From: Monocercomonoides exilis PA203
Lineage: Eukaryota; Protista; Preaxostyla
Direction: 5' to 3'
Assembly (NCBI GenBank): GCA_001643675.2
Contig: LSRY02000009.1
Span: forward strand, 434,001 to 498,000
DNA length: 64,000 nucleotides
In this document: positions 1 to 14,156 of the stretch, piece by piece
How the letters are laid out: the number at the start of each line of letters is the position of its first letter
Numbering within the stretch: the stretch's first letter is position 1
The notes under the pieces: model-generated
The model's input: only the letters and a program-made list of their open reading frames with translations
Databases searched by the model: none
What the model was told of the DNA's origin: nothing
Translations under genes and position numbers: made by a program

Positions 1-1048
1 TGTTGTCCCGCGCCTCCAGCGACAGCTGCAGGATCGCGTGCGACCGCGACGACACCTCGTTCCGCTCTGTCGACGCCATCTTGCGCCGCGCATTGCCTTC
101 CCTAATCAGCTCCTCCATCTGCCCTAGCTGCGTCACCGTCACCTCTGTCAGCCCAGGAATAAATACCCCTTTTTCCGGATCTTCCCGGATAAACAGCTGC
201 TTCGCCTCGGGACGACGCTGGCTGCTTTTCCCTTTCGGCACATCGGCTCTCTGTGATGGCGAGTCTGAGCTGTTGAAAGGAGATGGGGAAGGGGATCGTG
301 CTTTGCGGGAATAGCTTCCTATTTGCAGAGAAAACGATGCAGGAGTCGGAGATGTGCTCATTGACCGAATGTCCGAGCGCGGCTCCATTTCATCACGAGA
401 AGGTACAAGCAGATCTTTTATGGTTTCGTTGTAAATCTCCAAAAAGGAAAGTGTAAGCTTGAATATTTGCTTGTCACTCCTTTGCTCCATTAGATGAAAA
501 AACAACTCCCCAGTAAATGAATATAATCCTTTCACATCTGAAGGAACAGATGGAAGAAGATGACCCATCATCGTGAATGTTTTTCCAGCGCCTGTCATGC
601 CATAACAAAAGCAGGTCGTGTTAAATCCATCGAATGTTGCTTCAACCAATGGGTAAACAGTCTTTCTGAACACCTATATTTAAAAAATATTTTAGAAAAA
701 ATTTAAATTAAACAGCAATCGCTATTTTGAGTATATTCAAACCTCGAAATTTGTTGTATCTCCATCAAAGGCTTGATCAAATTCATACATTCGTTCTTCA
801 CGTGTTCGTTCAATCTTTGAGTCTATTCCCTCAAATGGATCTTGTAAAAAAACAAGATTGTCCTGAATTCTAAGGATTGAACTTCGACTATAACGACTGT
901 TTATATGTTTTTCATTTTCCAACAGTGGACGGCTTCTCACAACAACTGTGAGATGTGTCTCTTCCGTTTGATCTTGATTGTCTTTATTCAAGTTCAATGT
1001 TGGGTTGTTAATCTCTTTAACTGATATGCTTTCGTCTTTTTCAATCAT
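1..1048 (-). CDS. Kinesin motor protein (kinesin-8/KIF18-19-like), 5' part; continues beyond the left edge
   Basis: ATG at 1048; GTTTGA..AG intron 742-674. Spliced product has VVVRSRP, YEFDQAF, P-loop GFNTTCFCYGMTGAGKTFTM, SFLEIYNETIKDLL, IREDPEKGVFIPGLTE and switch I NEVSSRSHAILQ. The subfamily call is tentative. Confidence 0.93.
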
Positions 1049-1218
1049 AATGCGTGAAAACAGACAAGGAAAAATTTACCCAACTGTCGAGAGATATTAT
1101 TGTGGTTTCATTTTTTTTTCTTTTTTCAAAACTGCATTAAATTTTTGTAGCTTGTGCAATTTATGTATGCATGAAAATGACTAACAACAATAAACAATTG
1201 TGATCAAACCGCAATAGC

Positions 1219-2302
1219 ATGAAAATGGAGTCAAGACCAATTGCAACTAATACTTCGGCTATGACGCTTGGAAACGTTAAAATGCCATTTTGGTATCGTG
1301 CGCTGTCGTTTTTTACTTCGAAAAGAATGAAGTTAATTCTTCGGATTTGCTCAATTGTGGTTCAGTCACTTTTTATCGTGGGAGTTGGATTTTTGAGCAT
1401 ATTTTTGGGAATAACATCGAAAATTTTGAAGGTAAATTATCAATCTGCTGTAACTGCATGTTTAATAAGGTATATTTTTTATTTTTTTCTTCAGTTATTG
1501 TGGATTTTCAAATTAAAAATAAATAAATATCTGAAAGTATATTGGCTGTACTGTTGATATTGTTGGAGCTCAGACTTAAGCCGATTCGCAAAACATTTCC
1601 ATACCTTCTTGTTCCTCAGTATCGGGATGGCTTGATAATATTGTTTGTTTTTGTAATTTTAAAATGAAAAAAATAAATCTGATGTTTTATTTTTGATTTA
1701 TTGCAATCAGAATGTCTTTTCTATCTATGTCTGTGTATGAAGCTTATTCAATTTACTCTTGGATTGGCTATGTTATTGGTGGTGTAATCCTTGCTTTTTC
1801 AATCATTCGTCTGGTAATTGAATCTCTTGATTCGCCAGATCCAAATTTGCAGTATACACTTTATTTGGAGGCAAAGAAAAATATGGAAGAGGCAATGGCA
1901 TCGAATCCGCCAAATGCTGTGCAAAGTTCTTCTTCTTTTATGCAACCATCATCAGCAACTCCTGAAGCACGATCATCAAATGCAAATTCGGAATCATTTT
2001 ATGAAGGAATACCTTCAACCCAAACTTTTGATTCAACTGCAAATCAAACAACTTCGGAACAGGTTCCGCAAACTTCTTCAAACTCACAAACAACTATTGC
2101 ACCTGCTGCATCTACTTATGCCACATCTTCTGTTGAACCGAGCCCAACTGCTAATTCTTCGGCATCAACGGGATATGGAGAATTTGATGTTGAACCAGGA
2201 ACAGAAGCTTCAGGATCTTTAACATCAAACAATTTAACGTCTAATCAGAAGGGAGGAAAGGGACTTTCTGATGCTTATGATGCATTATTTGAAAACGAAT
2301 GA
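1219..2302 (+). CDS. Multi-pass membrane protein, COPI-associated/TVP15-like, with Ser/Thr-rich C-tail (about 315 aa)
   Basis: Exons 1219-1469, 1538-1642 and 1711-2302 join in frame across two 68-nt GT-AG introns. About four hydrophobic segments, and the motif LLILLELRLKPIRKTFPYLLVPQYRDGLII resembles the TVP15 'E....i...f.FL....gRG' pattern. Confidence 0.6.
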
Positions 2303-2868
2303 AAGCAAGTTTCATTGAACAATTTTTCATTTTACTGTAAATTTATGTAAAAAAATTTTTTTTGATTTCTTATGGTAATGTTACCTTATTTGAAATGAAA
2401 ATTCTCTATCTCTTTTGGTTATCTTTATCTGCTTCTGTGAGTTATTGTTTCAACAATTTTATTCAAAAATCTTTTGTTTAATTTTTCATTTTTTATCTCA
2501 TTATTGTGTAAGATATTCCATTTGTGGAAAATATTGTTGAAAATGGAAAAGCGAAAGCAAATTGTTTTCTTTAAATAGAATTAATGGAAAAGATGAAAAT
2601 ATATGTGATAAAGAATTTTTTATTTCTCGAACGAATTCACAACTCCTTTTTTGTAGAATTAATGTTCTTTTTTATCAAATATGGAGAAAAAAAAGACAGA
2701 ATTTTTTTGTGTGAATCTCAATGTTAATGAATTTCCAAAAACAGCAACTGCTCAACAATGCAGCAAAAATTAAAAAATAAATTAATAAATAAAATAATAA
2801 AGAAAAGTTTCGGATTGATGTTCGATAAAATATTTTGTTATTTATATTTATTTTTTATTTTATTTTAT

Positions 2869-3166
<298 letters not shown>

Positions 3167-4058
3167 CGAAAAGTTCCTTCTGTTTAAATATAGGATTTAT
3201 TTTAATATTTAATCTAGGTGGAAGCACTTGCAGAGGAGTAAATTCTCACCAGAGTTCTTTTTTTTTTTTTTTTTTTTTTTTTCAGATAGTTTTAATTTTT
3301 GCCACAGTGTAATTCAACAAAGAAGATCGAAAGCCACAGAACTTATGCTTATTTGTGATTATTCTTTAAATCAAAACTTTTTTCAGAGTACTGATTTAAT
3401 GTTGATTTTGTTTCTTTTGAAAAAAGGTTATCCATTCAAATGTGAAAATAATTCCAAGTTCTTTTAAATCCAATATTTGACTCTGGATAAATATTAAATT
3501 TTTTGAATTATGCTCTGCACAGTGCTCACAAGGATTTTTCTCATCTTTTTAATATCTCATCGTTTTATTTTATGCTCAAGAATGTTTGAATTTTTATTGT
3601 TTGATAGTTGAATGGTTAATTTTAAAACATAAATTTATGAAATATTATGACAATTTTAAAAAATCATTCATTTTCTGTGAACAATTTAGGTTTTAATTGT
3701 TGCAATTTATATTATTTGAATAAATGCAGAAAAGTTGAAATACAACAAACAAATTATTGAATGATATTTTTATTTCTAACACAGGCGTTTGTAACAATTG
3801 TGAAACATGGAATATTTGAATAAATTATTTTGCGTGAATGACAAAAAAACCAATAAATCATTCACACTTTTAAAAAAGTTATTTTTTCAAAAATGTTCAT
3901 TCACACATGCAAGAATTCTGTCCCATATGAGTTCAGGTCTAAATAATTATCAAATGGAATTTCCAAATTTCAGTGAACATTCATAAATAAACAATTCATT
4001 CCGTTTTATTCGATAATTTTCATATGAAAAAATATGATTTCTTAGTAATAGCTCGCAT

Positions 4059-5264
4059 GGGGAAAAATATGCAACTTCAAGATTTTTTTATTGAAAATGA
4101 ATGAACTTTTTTTTGCTTTTTGTGAATAAATAAAAATTTAAATAAAATGGGTTTATTTTTTCTTTGACATATGTTTGAGGTTTCAAAGCATTTTGTTTTA
4201 TTTTGCTGTAATTTCTAAAACATGAAAAATAACACTAATTCGAAACAAAAAAAATAATACATTTTTGAATAATAATAATTCGATTTCGAAAAAGAATAAA
4301 TCAAATTCGAAATGAAATTATTTTTGATTTGATAAAGAAATAACTTGTGTTTCGGCGTTAAAACTATCTTTGTTTTTATCTCATCTTTTCACTTTGTTTT
4401 TCAATATTTCAAAAATGACGCTTTTTAATTAAAAATTCTCTCCTATGAATTTAAAATAATAAAATTGAAGTCAATTCATAAAGAAAATGAATATATTTTC
4501 ATTAAAAAATTGATGTTTTTCTTATTTTCATTAAAGAAACTTGAAAACAAATTGGAAAAAATTCTTGTATTTTGCTATTCGACAAATATGATTGAAAATT
4601 CTCTATTTCCATTTAAGAGTTCAAATGTGTGAATTTTTTTATATTCCAATCATTCGAGAAATATTTTTCGATTGTGAAATAAATATATCAAATAATTTAT
4701 TTGTCAATAGTTGCTTTTAAAAAAAAAACACTTTTCTTTCAGTTATTGTATTTGATTGGTTAAGAATATAACTTGAAATTCTCTGAAATTCATTCTCAAT
4801 ATGGGGGAAAATATGGTCTTTCAAGCTTTTTATGCACAAAGCATGAAAAAATTGCTTCTCTTTTAACTTTATTTCACTTTCTCAAATTTTAAAATAAATT
4901 AGATTTTCATATCAGCAAACAGGCATTGTTGAATTCAAAACGTCAAGTTTTATGACATTCCGAGTTTGTCAAAAAATGGATTCATTATTATTGTTTTTTT
5001 TGTTCTCAAAAATTCAATGAAAAATGCATTATTTTTCAATGAAAATGCCTGAAGTGAAATATTTTCCCCCATATATATTAAAAATTTTTTGTAATAAACG
5101 AATTTCGAAATAGAAAAAACTTTTTTCGAATATGATTTATTTTTTGTATAACCATTATGGAAAAAAATAAATTTTTTAATCTGAAAAAGTTCAAAAAAAA
5201 TAATTCTTGATACAAAAATTTAGAACATTGGTCAAGAAAAGCTTGAAAGTTCGTATTTTCCCAC
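4059..5264. mobile_element. Cluster of four related TIR-like termini (degenerate MITE-like remnants)
   Basis: GGGG(G/A)AAAATATG..TTCAAG occurs forward at 4059 and 4803 and reverse-complemented ending at 5070 and 5264, each abutted by AT. 4799-4814 and 5059-5074 form a perfect 16-bp inverted pair. Confidence 0.6.
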
Positions 5265-5559
5265 ATATCATTAATAAATGAAATGATGAATGCGAATGAT
5301 CAGTTTCATCCTTGTCAAAATCTTCATTTGTTTTGAAAAACAAACATTTTTCTCCAGTCCGAATTTGGCAAGATCGTACAATATTGGAATGGTCAATTTT
5401 CTGTGAAATTAATAGATGAGGAACGTTAATAATATATATCATGTTTTCATTCATCAGAGATGTGCGGAAGTTGACAAAAAAGTCATAAAAAAAATAAAAA
5501 ATCGAAGAAATAATTGGTGAATGAATTCTATAAAATATGAATTTTTTATAAAAAAATGA

Positions 5560-6600
5560 TTATTCAACTTCCATGGGATCAAATTCTGATGCACTTTGGC
5601 AGTCCCCAGCCCCAAGTGAATCTGATTTTTCAAATTCTGTCATTTGAATATTATCATTTTCATCTAATATATCAGATTCTAGCTCTGATTCTGTCGAGTC
5701 ACTTTCTTCTCTTTCAGATTCTTCCAATTCATTTTCTTTTTCATATAAATTGAAGACGATTTCTATTATTAGATCCACAAATATTTTATATATGAGTTTC
5801 TTCTGACCAGCCACATAGATAAATAGTCTCCAATATCCTTTTCTCTGCATCCTGTTCCTGGAAAATTTTCCAATAATTCATCAATACGCCATCAACAGTG
5901 TTTGTTCAGGCATGAGTGATTTTGTTTTTGAATTATCGCTTGTGATAGACTGTATCATGAGCGAAGCCATAATCTTTCAATCTCGCATCAGCCTTCCATT
6001 CATCGGTCATATTCCGAGTTCCTGGAAGAATTATGGCTCGAATTATTGAAATCAATGTCTCAGCCTTTCTATTTGGAACGATTATCAAAAAGCACTTCCC
6101 CGCACCTCCATTTGGTTTCCTTTCCACAGCTCCAAATATCCAAATTTTTCTCTTCTTTTTCCATCGCCCAAACTTTCTGCGCCTCCAAACTGCTTCGTCG
6201 ATCTCCACAATACTTCCCGTCCCTCCTCTGACAGCTTGATTTTTGTTCCAAATAGATGTGCATCTGACTAGAATAACACTCGTCCAATAATGAATTGTAT
6301 TTTCTCTTTTTCCAAGCAGTTCACCAATGTGTGCGGCTGATATACCAATGCAATAATATAAAACAATCATCAAAAATTTTCTCAGTGGTATTCTTGAATT
6401 TTTTTTGAGATGTGTTTTTAAAAACGGACTGTTGTTTACCACATTTTCCACATTTCCAAGACTTGTCATTCTTGCCTCCGGATATGAATATCATTTGGCA
6501 TAATCTTTTTGAAAAATCAGAGATCTTACCGTTATTGTTTTTTATGAAATAAATAATAATATGTCCAAAAACGATTGTGCACCATTTTGATATTTATTAC
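5560..6600 (-). pseudogene. Merlin / IS1595 (ISXO2-like) DDE transposase, disrupted
   Basis: Zn-ribbon WKCGKCGKQQSVFKNT (about 6420-6460, frameshifted), then SRIPLRKFL, GGTGSIVEIDE, IWIFGAVER, VPNRKAETL, ILPGTRNMTDEWK, HDTVYHKR*F...A*TNTVDG and frameshifted FPGTG...DYLSMWLVRR. Two in-frame stops plus frameshifts. The 5' boundary is approximate. Confidence 0.88.
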
Positions 6601-7224
6601 AAGAAAAATACATTTCTCAATTTTTGTTATTTTCCACAAACCAAAATAGCTTTCATAATAATAAATTTTAAAGGGAAATGGTTTATTCATTAACAATTCA
6701 TATTTTCATTGATATATGAAGAAGTCATTGCTTTCATTGTATGTTTTTCGAACATCTTTTCACAACACTATTTTTGGTGATAATGATAATTCATTATGCG
6801 TTAGTAATGAACAACTATAAGCATAATTATTTTCATGATTGAAAAAGGAGCGTGAATCAGAAATGAGTAATAGATTGCGTATAAATTATATTTATCGTGT
6901 ATGTTCTATTATTTATCATTAATATTTTAAGATATTTATTTTTTTAACATTCATTTTTTGACGAATGAAAATAACAAATTAATATTTCTTTTGTATTTTT
7001 TGAATTAACATTTGTCGCGATAAATAAAATTATTAGCTTATGACAATTTTTTTCGATCAAATATTAAAGCTGTTTAAACTGCTTTATGGAAAGAACCAGA
7101 AGAAAGAAATGGAAATTTGCACTTTGCAGAAAATTGAACAAACAACTGTACAGGTCTTGTTCTTCTTGGATAATCATGCGCTTCACTGCTTTTGCGAAAT
7201 GAAATGCAAACTCCAATCAAACCT

Positions 7225-7845
7225 CTCTCTATCCGCTGATTGCGCTATTCTCTGAGTAAATGGTAATCTGAATTGCGCTCTACTTAGACTGCTCGTCAGA
7301 CTCTGACACTTCCTCCATCTTTTCAGCCTCCACCATGGCCACATCTTCCTCTGATGTTTCTGTGAAGAATTAATATTCACAAAATTACCTCCTGCTTCAC
7401 AACGTCCGAGCACGAAGATGATTTCTGGAAGAAGTGCATACGGTAGAAGGCGTCAGAGCTGCTGAATGGTGCAAAGGGGCACGCGACAAAGAAGACGGTG
7501 GAGTTTTCTATCGGGATGATGGCGTGAGAGTGCCTGACGCTGCAGATGCCATTTGGGGAATACGAGGCTGAGGTGGCAGGGCAGAAGATTGTGAATGGAG
7601 AAAGACCTGACCTGAGAAGGTTGAGGGGGAACTCGGACGAGAATGGTGTTCGAGCGAGCCTATCGGGAGCGGCAGGAGAGTGGCCGACGTTGAGAAAGCT
7701 GCGGCGAGAGTTTGACAAGTGCTTTGGGGGAAGGGAAGCGTTGGTGAAGATAACTAATGCAATTAACCTGAAGGACACCGCATTGGATGACAAGCAAAGC
7801 ACAATTGCGAAAGCTACGGAACTCGTTGGGAAGTTCAGAGATTGA
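7225..7845 (+). pseudogene. Truncated, degraded C-terminal TKL-like pseudokinase domain of the receptor family seen at 34052-48283
   Basis: LFSE*MVI*IAL..SSDSDTSS.., CIR*KASELL (cf. IRWLAPEL), FSIGMMA*ECLTLQMPFGEY..KIVNGERP (cf. YSLGMILWEVLSREVPYG). Conserved Trp codons are mutated to stops. Confidence 0.8.
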
Positions 7846-10385
7846 AGAGTGAATAAAATGAAGATGATAATTTTTTCTGCTGAAAAAGCATTTTTGTTTA
7901 AATCAACCTCAATATTTTCATTTATAATTTTGAGTGAATTTCTCTTGACAAAGTTTTGTTTTGAACGTCATCACATTTCTTCTTGTGTCAGACATCGATT
8001 TTTTGGTTTTTGTATGTTGTGCATCTCTTTGCTCATTCTTTTAATCAATAAAGAATGTACTAATTTTTTGAATGGCACTTTAATATTTGAAAATTCAAAT
8101 TTCAAATTCACTTGGTCTCAGTGTTCTTAATAAGCAAGCAATTATTATTTTCGCTAATTTTTTAAAGAAGTGTTTGAATTTTGTTTGTGGAAAAAAATAA
8201 TTAACAAAAGATATGAATGACAAAGTTGATTTAGAGTTGAATCAATAAGAAAAAGTATCATTTTCCAACAGGTGATTTATGTCTTATTTCATTTTCCTCC
8301 ATCCCAATCTGCATTTTTTCCTTCCCACTTTTTCTGCTATATCCTCTTCTTGATTTGCATCCTCTGCACCCGTTTCCAACCAAATCTTCTTCCTTCTCCT
8401 TCACCTCTTAAATTTCATCAAATTTCACTTCAACTTCTTTAATCCCCATCTTCAGCCACCTCATCTTCCTTTGCTCCTTTCAATTCCTTCTTCTTTTCTG
8501 CCTCATTCTCTCCACACGGGAGAATTGTTTCTTTCGCAACAACAACTTCTACTACGTTTGATTTCAATCTCCACTGCTCCATAATTGACGTTTCTCCACT
8601 TATCTTCACCACCGATTTTGCAGCCTGTTTAGGGTTTCTCAGACGCTTTTATGAAAGAAAACGATCAGAAGACACAGGGTTTAATTGCTCTTCCTTTGAA
8701 ATCTCAGCTTTCCCTGAGAAGAAGAAAGGAAGGAAGATGAAAATCATGGATCCATAATTATTTGTTGGTGTGCAATTAAAGAACACGTTGAAATCACAAA
8801 CATTATTAAAAAAATTTAGGTTTGGATTCAATTTGAAAGATAAATTCTTCGGCAAGTTTAAGCATGATAAGATGCTCCACGGTTTTTTTTCCAATATGAT
8901 TTCTTCAGAAGTTTCATTCAGAAAAAATTCGACAATTTTCACAAAAAGAAGACAAAAAATTCAAATAAAGAATTATAACAGTGAAATACGTAGTTGCAGC
9001 AACAAACCAAGATTTGACAAAGCATTTCATTCAGTTAAAGAGAAAATGACCCGAAATATATGTAATTATTTCCTAAAAACAATCAATTTCTCTTCGAATA
9101 AGAAAAAGTTTATCAAAACTTTTCTTTTTTGTATTTCGTTCGTTGCTGATCTTATTTTAATATGAATACTGCGTTATATTGGATAATTGTGTATATTCTT
9201 CTTCGAACAGACCTGACAGAAATAAATTTCTATTGATCTTGGATAAATAACAATACTTTTGAAAGCTTTTTTTCAGAATTGTCATAATTTCAAAAGCAAA
9301 CCATGTGGAAGAATGATTCTCAAGATGGACATCATGTGTGCAGAATAAAAGAAACGGGTCAGAAATTCTTTTTGAAAAATCAGAGTTCGTCTGACATTTG
9401 CTTTTTTTCAAATAATGAATAATATGTCATATTTCAACAACGCTTCATTGCAGTACAAACAATGAAATTGAAACTATACTCACCTTTTGTTTTTTTCGAT
9501 AAACCAGAATAGAATTTTTTATTAAAAAGATGAAAGGAGGTATTTTTAATTTTTACTGCTTTCATCAATCTACAAGGAAATAATGGTTTATTTTGTTAAT
9601 TTCTTATAGATATTCAAATTACATATATTGAAAAATGCATTATGTTCCTGTTTGAATGTTTTCTGTCGCAGTGAACACTTATTTAATAATATTTGTTGCA
9701 AAAATGTAACCAACAAACATTTTTCATATTTGCCAAAAACAGTCATTTGATTCAAGTTTTGATTAGTTTGTTGCATTTTTATTTTGCAGTTTATTTTCAA
9801 AAAGCAGCATTTTATCTTTTATGGTCATTACATATTCGTAGTCATTTGTTTCAACTCGATTGACAAAAACACAGTTTGAAGGCTGGACGCATAAAAGAAG
9901 GTTTAATTCAAAACAAAGAAACTCGTTGTCAATGTTTCTTTATGAAACACATAATAAATAGAAGATGGCAATCTATTGATGTGGAAAAGTTGAATGTGAT
10001 ATTGCACGGAAAAGAAGATGAGAAGAAGTTCATCTGCCACTGTGCGCTGAGCTTGCAGAGGTGTGGAACTCAGAAGATTTGTTTGAATCAGAAAAAATTT
10101 TGTTAGTGTCCTTCTTTTCTTCGCCCAGGCTTTGGTATGCTTATCGCTCGCTGTGATCAGCTAGAATTCCTTGGAATTCTTTTCCGACAGCAATCTTTCG
10201 CTCCTTCGTTGAATTTCAAGCAACACTGCACATTCTCATCATCTTCAAATGCGAAAAGCTCAAACAGCTTTTCTCCGCCATCATTCGGAGGAGAAAAAAA
10301 ATACTCCGTTGGATATTCTACAGGTTTACCCAGGCTTTGCTTTGAAGAAGGGGCTGCTATCGCTCTGAAGGAAGTGGAATGAGTA

Positions 10386-13184
10386 ATGAAATGTTTTAAA
10401 TTGCGCGAGTGGAATATTGGAGGTTACTGGCTAATTACAAGTTGTGTCTGGCATTTGGATGAATATATCATTGCAATGTCTATGGAAACAATGCAGAATG
10501 TCAAAAAAGGTAACGAGGTAGTTTCATTTGCTTTCTTCTTCCTCCTCTTCCTCCTCTTTTTCTTTTTCTTCTTCCTTCTCCAGTCATATTTCTTCTCCAA
10601 CTGCTTCATTCTTATCTATGATATCTTCTTCTTCTTCTTCTTCTTCTTCTCCACCTCATCATCATCACCACCACCATCACCATCATCCTATCCATTTCAC
10701 TCACAATCTCCATATGCAACCCCTTCTTACTCACCCTTCCAGATTCTGTCTCCAAAACATACTAACGCCGGCTTCCACAAAAAGTTTTCACATCATCTTG
10801 CTCCTATAGCTTCTCCTCTCCCCACTCCTCTACGCGCTTCGGCCCATATCCTGATTCCCACGCCAACCGCTTTTTCCATACCGATGTCTCCTCCACTCAC
10901 CATCTCCTCTTGCTTGTCCAGAGCAAAAGAATCCGAAAGACAAAGGTCGCAGCGCCTTCAAGAGCGAACGAAGCTTCAGAAGCAAGAAAAATGTTCGTTG
11001 AGTGGAAGCATTGATTCCATCGGGTTGATGATGCTGAGAGAAGAGGAAGAGTCCGGATCCTGTGATAGTAACAATGAGGAAGAATAGGAAGACGAGGAAT
11101 AAGAGGAAGAAGAGGACAAAAGACTGGCAGAGGACGAGAGAGGAGGGTTCAGTTTGTTTGATGTTTACAACTGAAGCGACAAGACAGACGATGCAGAGAC
11201 AAAGGCAGAAGCAGAAGCGTAATAGAAGGATTTAAAGAAGAAGAGGAGGAAAGAAGAGGTCATTCTGGCGGTTTGTGCGGACGGCGGGTTCACGACGATG
11301 ATGAGCGAGAGAAACCTGATGCAAAACCAGAGGGAGAAGGAGAAGAGATAGATAAGGAGGAAGATAATAATACACCAGATGAAGAAGGATGATGAAGTGT
11401 TTCCTGAAAGCGAGTGGTTGTCGCCATGGTGCGAATTGGGAAACGGAGGAGGAGGAGGAAGAGAGGAAAGAAGAAATAGAGGAAGAGAAGGAGGGAGTGA
11501 TAGATAAATCAGCAAAGGAGGAGGAGATGGAAGCGGAGGAGGAGGAAGAGGAGGAACAGTGGTGAGAGAGAGGAGCGAAGGGAGAGAAGAAAGAGAGAAG
11601 GAGGAACTGCAGTATGAGCAAATGAGTCTGTTGAAGAAAGCGGGGCTGGCGTTTGTAGGGAGGGAAGTGAGTGAGATAGGAATTCTGTTTGATAGCGAGA
11701 TAATCCTCAACTTGGGCAATGAAGCTGGATAAAAGGCAGAAGAAGAAGAGCAAAGTGTAGCAAGAAGGCAGAGAACGCCGAAAAAGCACAGGAGGCAGAG
11801 AGTGAACGACAAAGAAAACGAGCATTTTGCACTGCAGAATCAGTAAAGTGGCTCGAAAGTGCCTGGCTCAGATTCGATTCGCTTGAGTCATTCGACTTCG
11901 GAACATCCGTTTGCATTGTCTGCCTTTTCTGATTCTGTTTCTTCCTCTTCTTCTTCTTCTTCTTCTTCAAAACTTCCAAAATTATCTGACTCTTTCCCTC
12001 TCCAAACAAACCCAAACCATCATCTCAACCAGCCATACAATCACTTCTTTCTGCCTTACTGAAGTCTCTTTGGTTTCACTTCTCCTCATCTTCCAGCTGC
12101 CGCTTTCCCTTCTTTCACAAGCATTCTCCCCGTTCTGGATGTGCCTGTTAATTCTGCGATTCAGTATAGACAAATGAATGATAGTCGATGTTCTGAAAGC
12201 CACAATGCCTGCTTCATCTCTTTGATCTTTGTCGCCACCAACGCCACACACGTTTCCACTTCCACAAAAGTATTTTTTCCCCAATTCATTTCACAACTCG
12301 TTTCACAATGGAGATGATAGCAGAGGAAGAGCAGACTGCTGTGCACACACCATCTGATTTTGGAAAGAAAGTTCAGAATGAAATGATTCATTCTGCTCCT
12401 GGATTGTAAAAGACGCACCATTGTCTTGTGAAGTTTGGAGCGACTGTGGATGCTGCTGCTCTTCCAAGTTGGTGGAAGTGGAATAGTCAATATGTGTATG
12501 GCCTGTGGAGTCATATGCAACAGTTCGCAGTGTAAGACCTTAAGAACCTGAGCGGCTGTCAATGTTGGCTATCTGAACTGCTGGATTGCTGCTTTGTGCT
12601 GAAGATGATATTAACGATTGTTGATGTGTGATGATTTATCGCAGACAAGAAGCCTAATGGATGAAGATTCCAATTTTTCACTGCAAAAAAAGAGAAAAGC
12701 ATTCTACCGTTTTGCCTGTTGGAAAGTCCCTTGTGTGAATAGGATTTGTCACAAATGCATACAGACAAGATAGATGAATTATCAGAAGAAGCTGAAAATG
12801 AAGAAGAAGAAGATGATGATGATGAATGAAAAAGAGAAGGAGAAGGCGAAGGCGAAGCAAAAGAAGAAGAGAGGTTGAAGTTTGAGGATTGAAAGATGAG
12901 AGTGGCAAGGTGGAGAAATTGAGGCAACCATCGGTGGTGAAGTAGAGTGCAGCGAAGGTGCAGTGAAAGAAAGAAAAAGAGAAAGAAAAAGAAAAAGAGA
13001 GGAAAAGAACAATTTGTACAGCAAATTGAGTGAGTATTTGAGTATTTCCCTCACTAGCACTTCCCCATCATCATTTTTTGCAGGATCATCGTCATCAAGA
13101 TCGTGTTTATTAAGGAATATTTCGGTAACGCTTACGTTCACTGGTTTGGTATCATCAATGGGTTCGTCTGCAGAAAGTGTATAG
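10386..13184 (+). pseudogene. Decayed Ser/Glu-rich protein-coding gene of unknown family
   Basis: About 2.8 kb of coding-like composition with poly-Ser and poly-Glu tracts. The + frame reads on past scattered stops, several inside Glu runs (e.g. EEE*EDEE*EEEE), consistent with GAA/GAG->TAA/TAG. No domain recognised. Confidence 0.5.
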
Positions 13185-14156
13185 GTAAAGGAGAGGAAAA
13201 GAAAGTGGAATAGGAAGAAGAAGATGAAAATAAATGCTTTTCGATTAATTGTTTATTAAAAATTTTCTGTGGATTGGAGGTTCCAATAAAACAATGAACA
13301 CAAATTCGCACACAATTAGAAAGGCAATTTCCATGATTGGCACAATTGTTTGAGTATAGAAATATTCCCACATGTATTTTCAAATTTGTAATTCTTAATT
13401 TTATTTCCTTTATTATTTCATTATTTCATATAAAATTCATCATATCACAGTTTTCGCTTAATAATAACAATGTATATTGATTTCATAACAAATAAAGCCA
13501 AAAATGAATTGAAAACAACAAGAAAAGGAATGTTACATTATTCAATTAAAAATTTTCGTGATTGGTTTGTGAAATAAACAACATTCATCGCTTTGTCAAA
13601 CTTTAAAATTTGGCTGATTGCAAAGAATTTTAACGAGATATTAATCCATTCTGCTTTAAGATAAATTAATTTCTATAAACGTTCTCAATGTTTATGAAGT
13701 GCTTATGTTCTATAATCAATCTTTTTAAGATTATTGTTCATATTGATCACTGAAACATTATAAAATTTAAATATGGATAATGTTTGTGATTTGTTCTAAT
13801 GCTATAAATCATTTGAGAATAATGTTATGAAAATGTTGTGTATGATAAGAGACAAAAATTGCCAAAAAATTGAGTATTCGAATTTGTGATCTTTTGTGGG
13901 TTCGAAATTAAAGTTTTCCGACTTTTCAAAAAGATTGTGCCATTTGGCATTTATCGTGTCTGCATTCTGGAGCTTCTCCATCCAACAATTTTTCGAAATA
14001 CCATTGCCATGCACCCATTTCATGAGAAAAAATATCGTTGAGTTTATAAATTGGTGTTTTTATGAACATTCTGTGTGATAAAGACATTTTTTACTTGTTT
14101 GATAAAACTAATAAATTCTTGAAAATGAACTTTTTTCAAATAATAATAATTATATG

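Noticed and set aside
4059-6600. The TIR motifs at 4059-5264 as ends of the Merlin element
   Set aside because: They face each other and all lie on one side of the transposase, so they do not enclose it.
8280-8645. Purine-rich minus-strand stretch with coding-like composition
   Set aside because: Multiple stops and no recognisable motif; probably a relic but cannot be assigned.
10386-12830. Possible TAA/TAG reassignment (as in some oxymonads) to explain in-frame stops
   Set aside because: Intact genes here end in TAG or TAA (20238, 33288, 54981) and very long ORFs contain no internal TAR. TGA stops and frameshifts also occur in this block, so decay explains it better.
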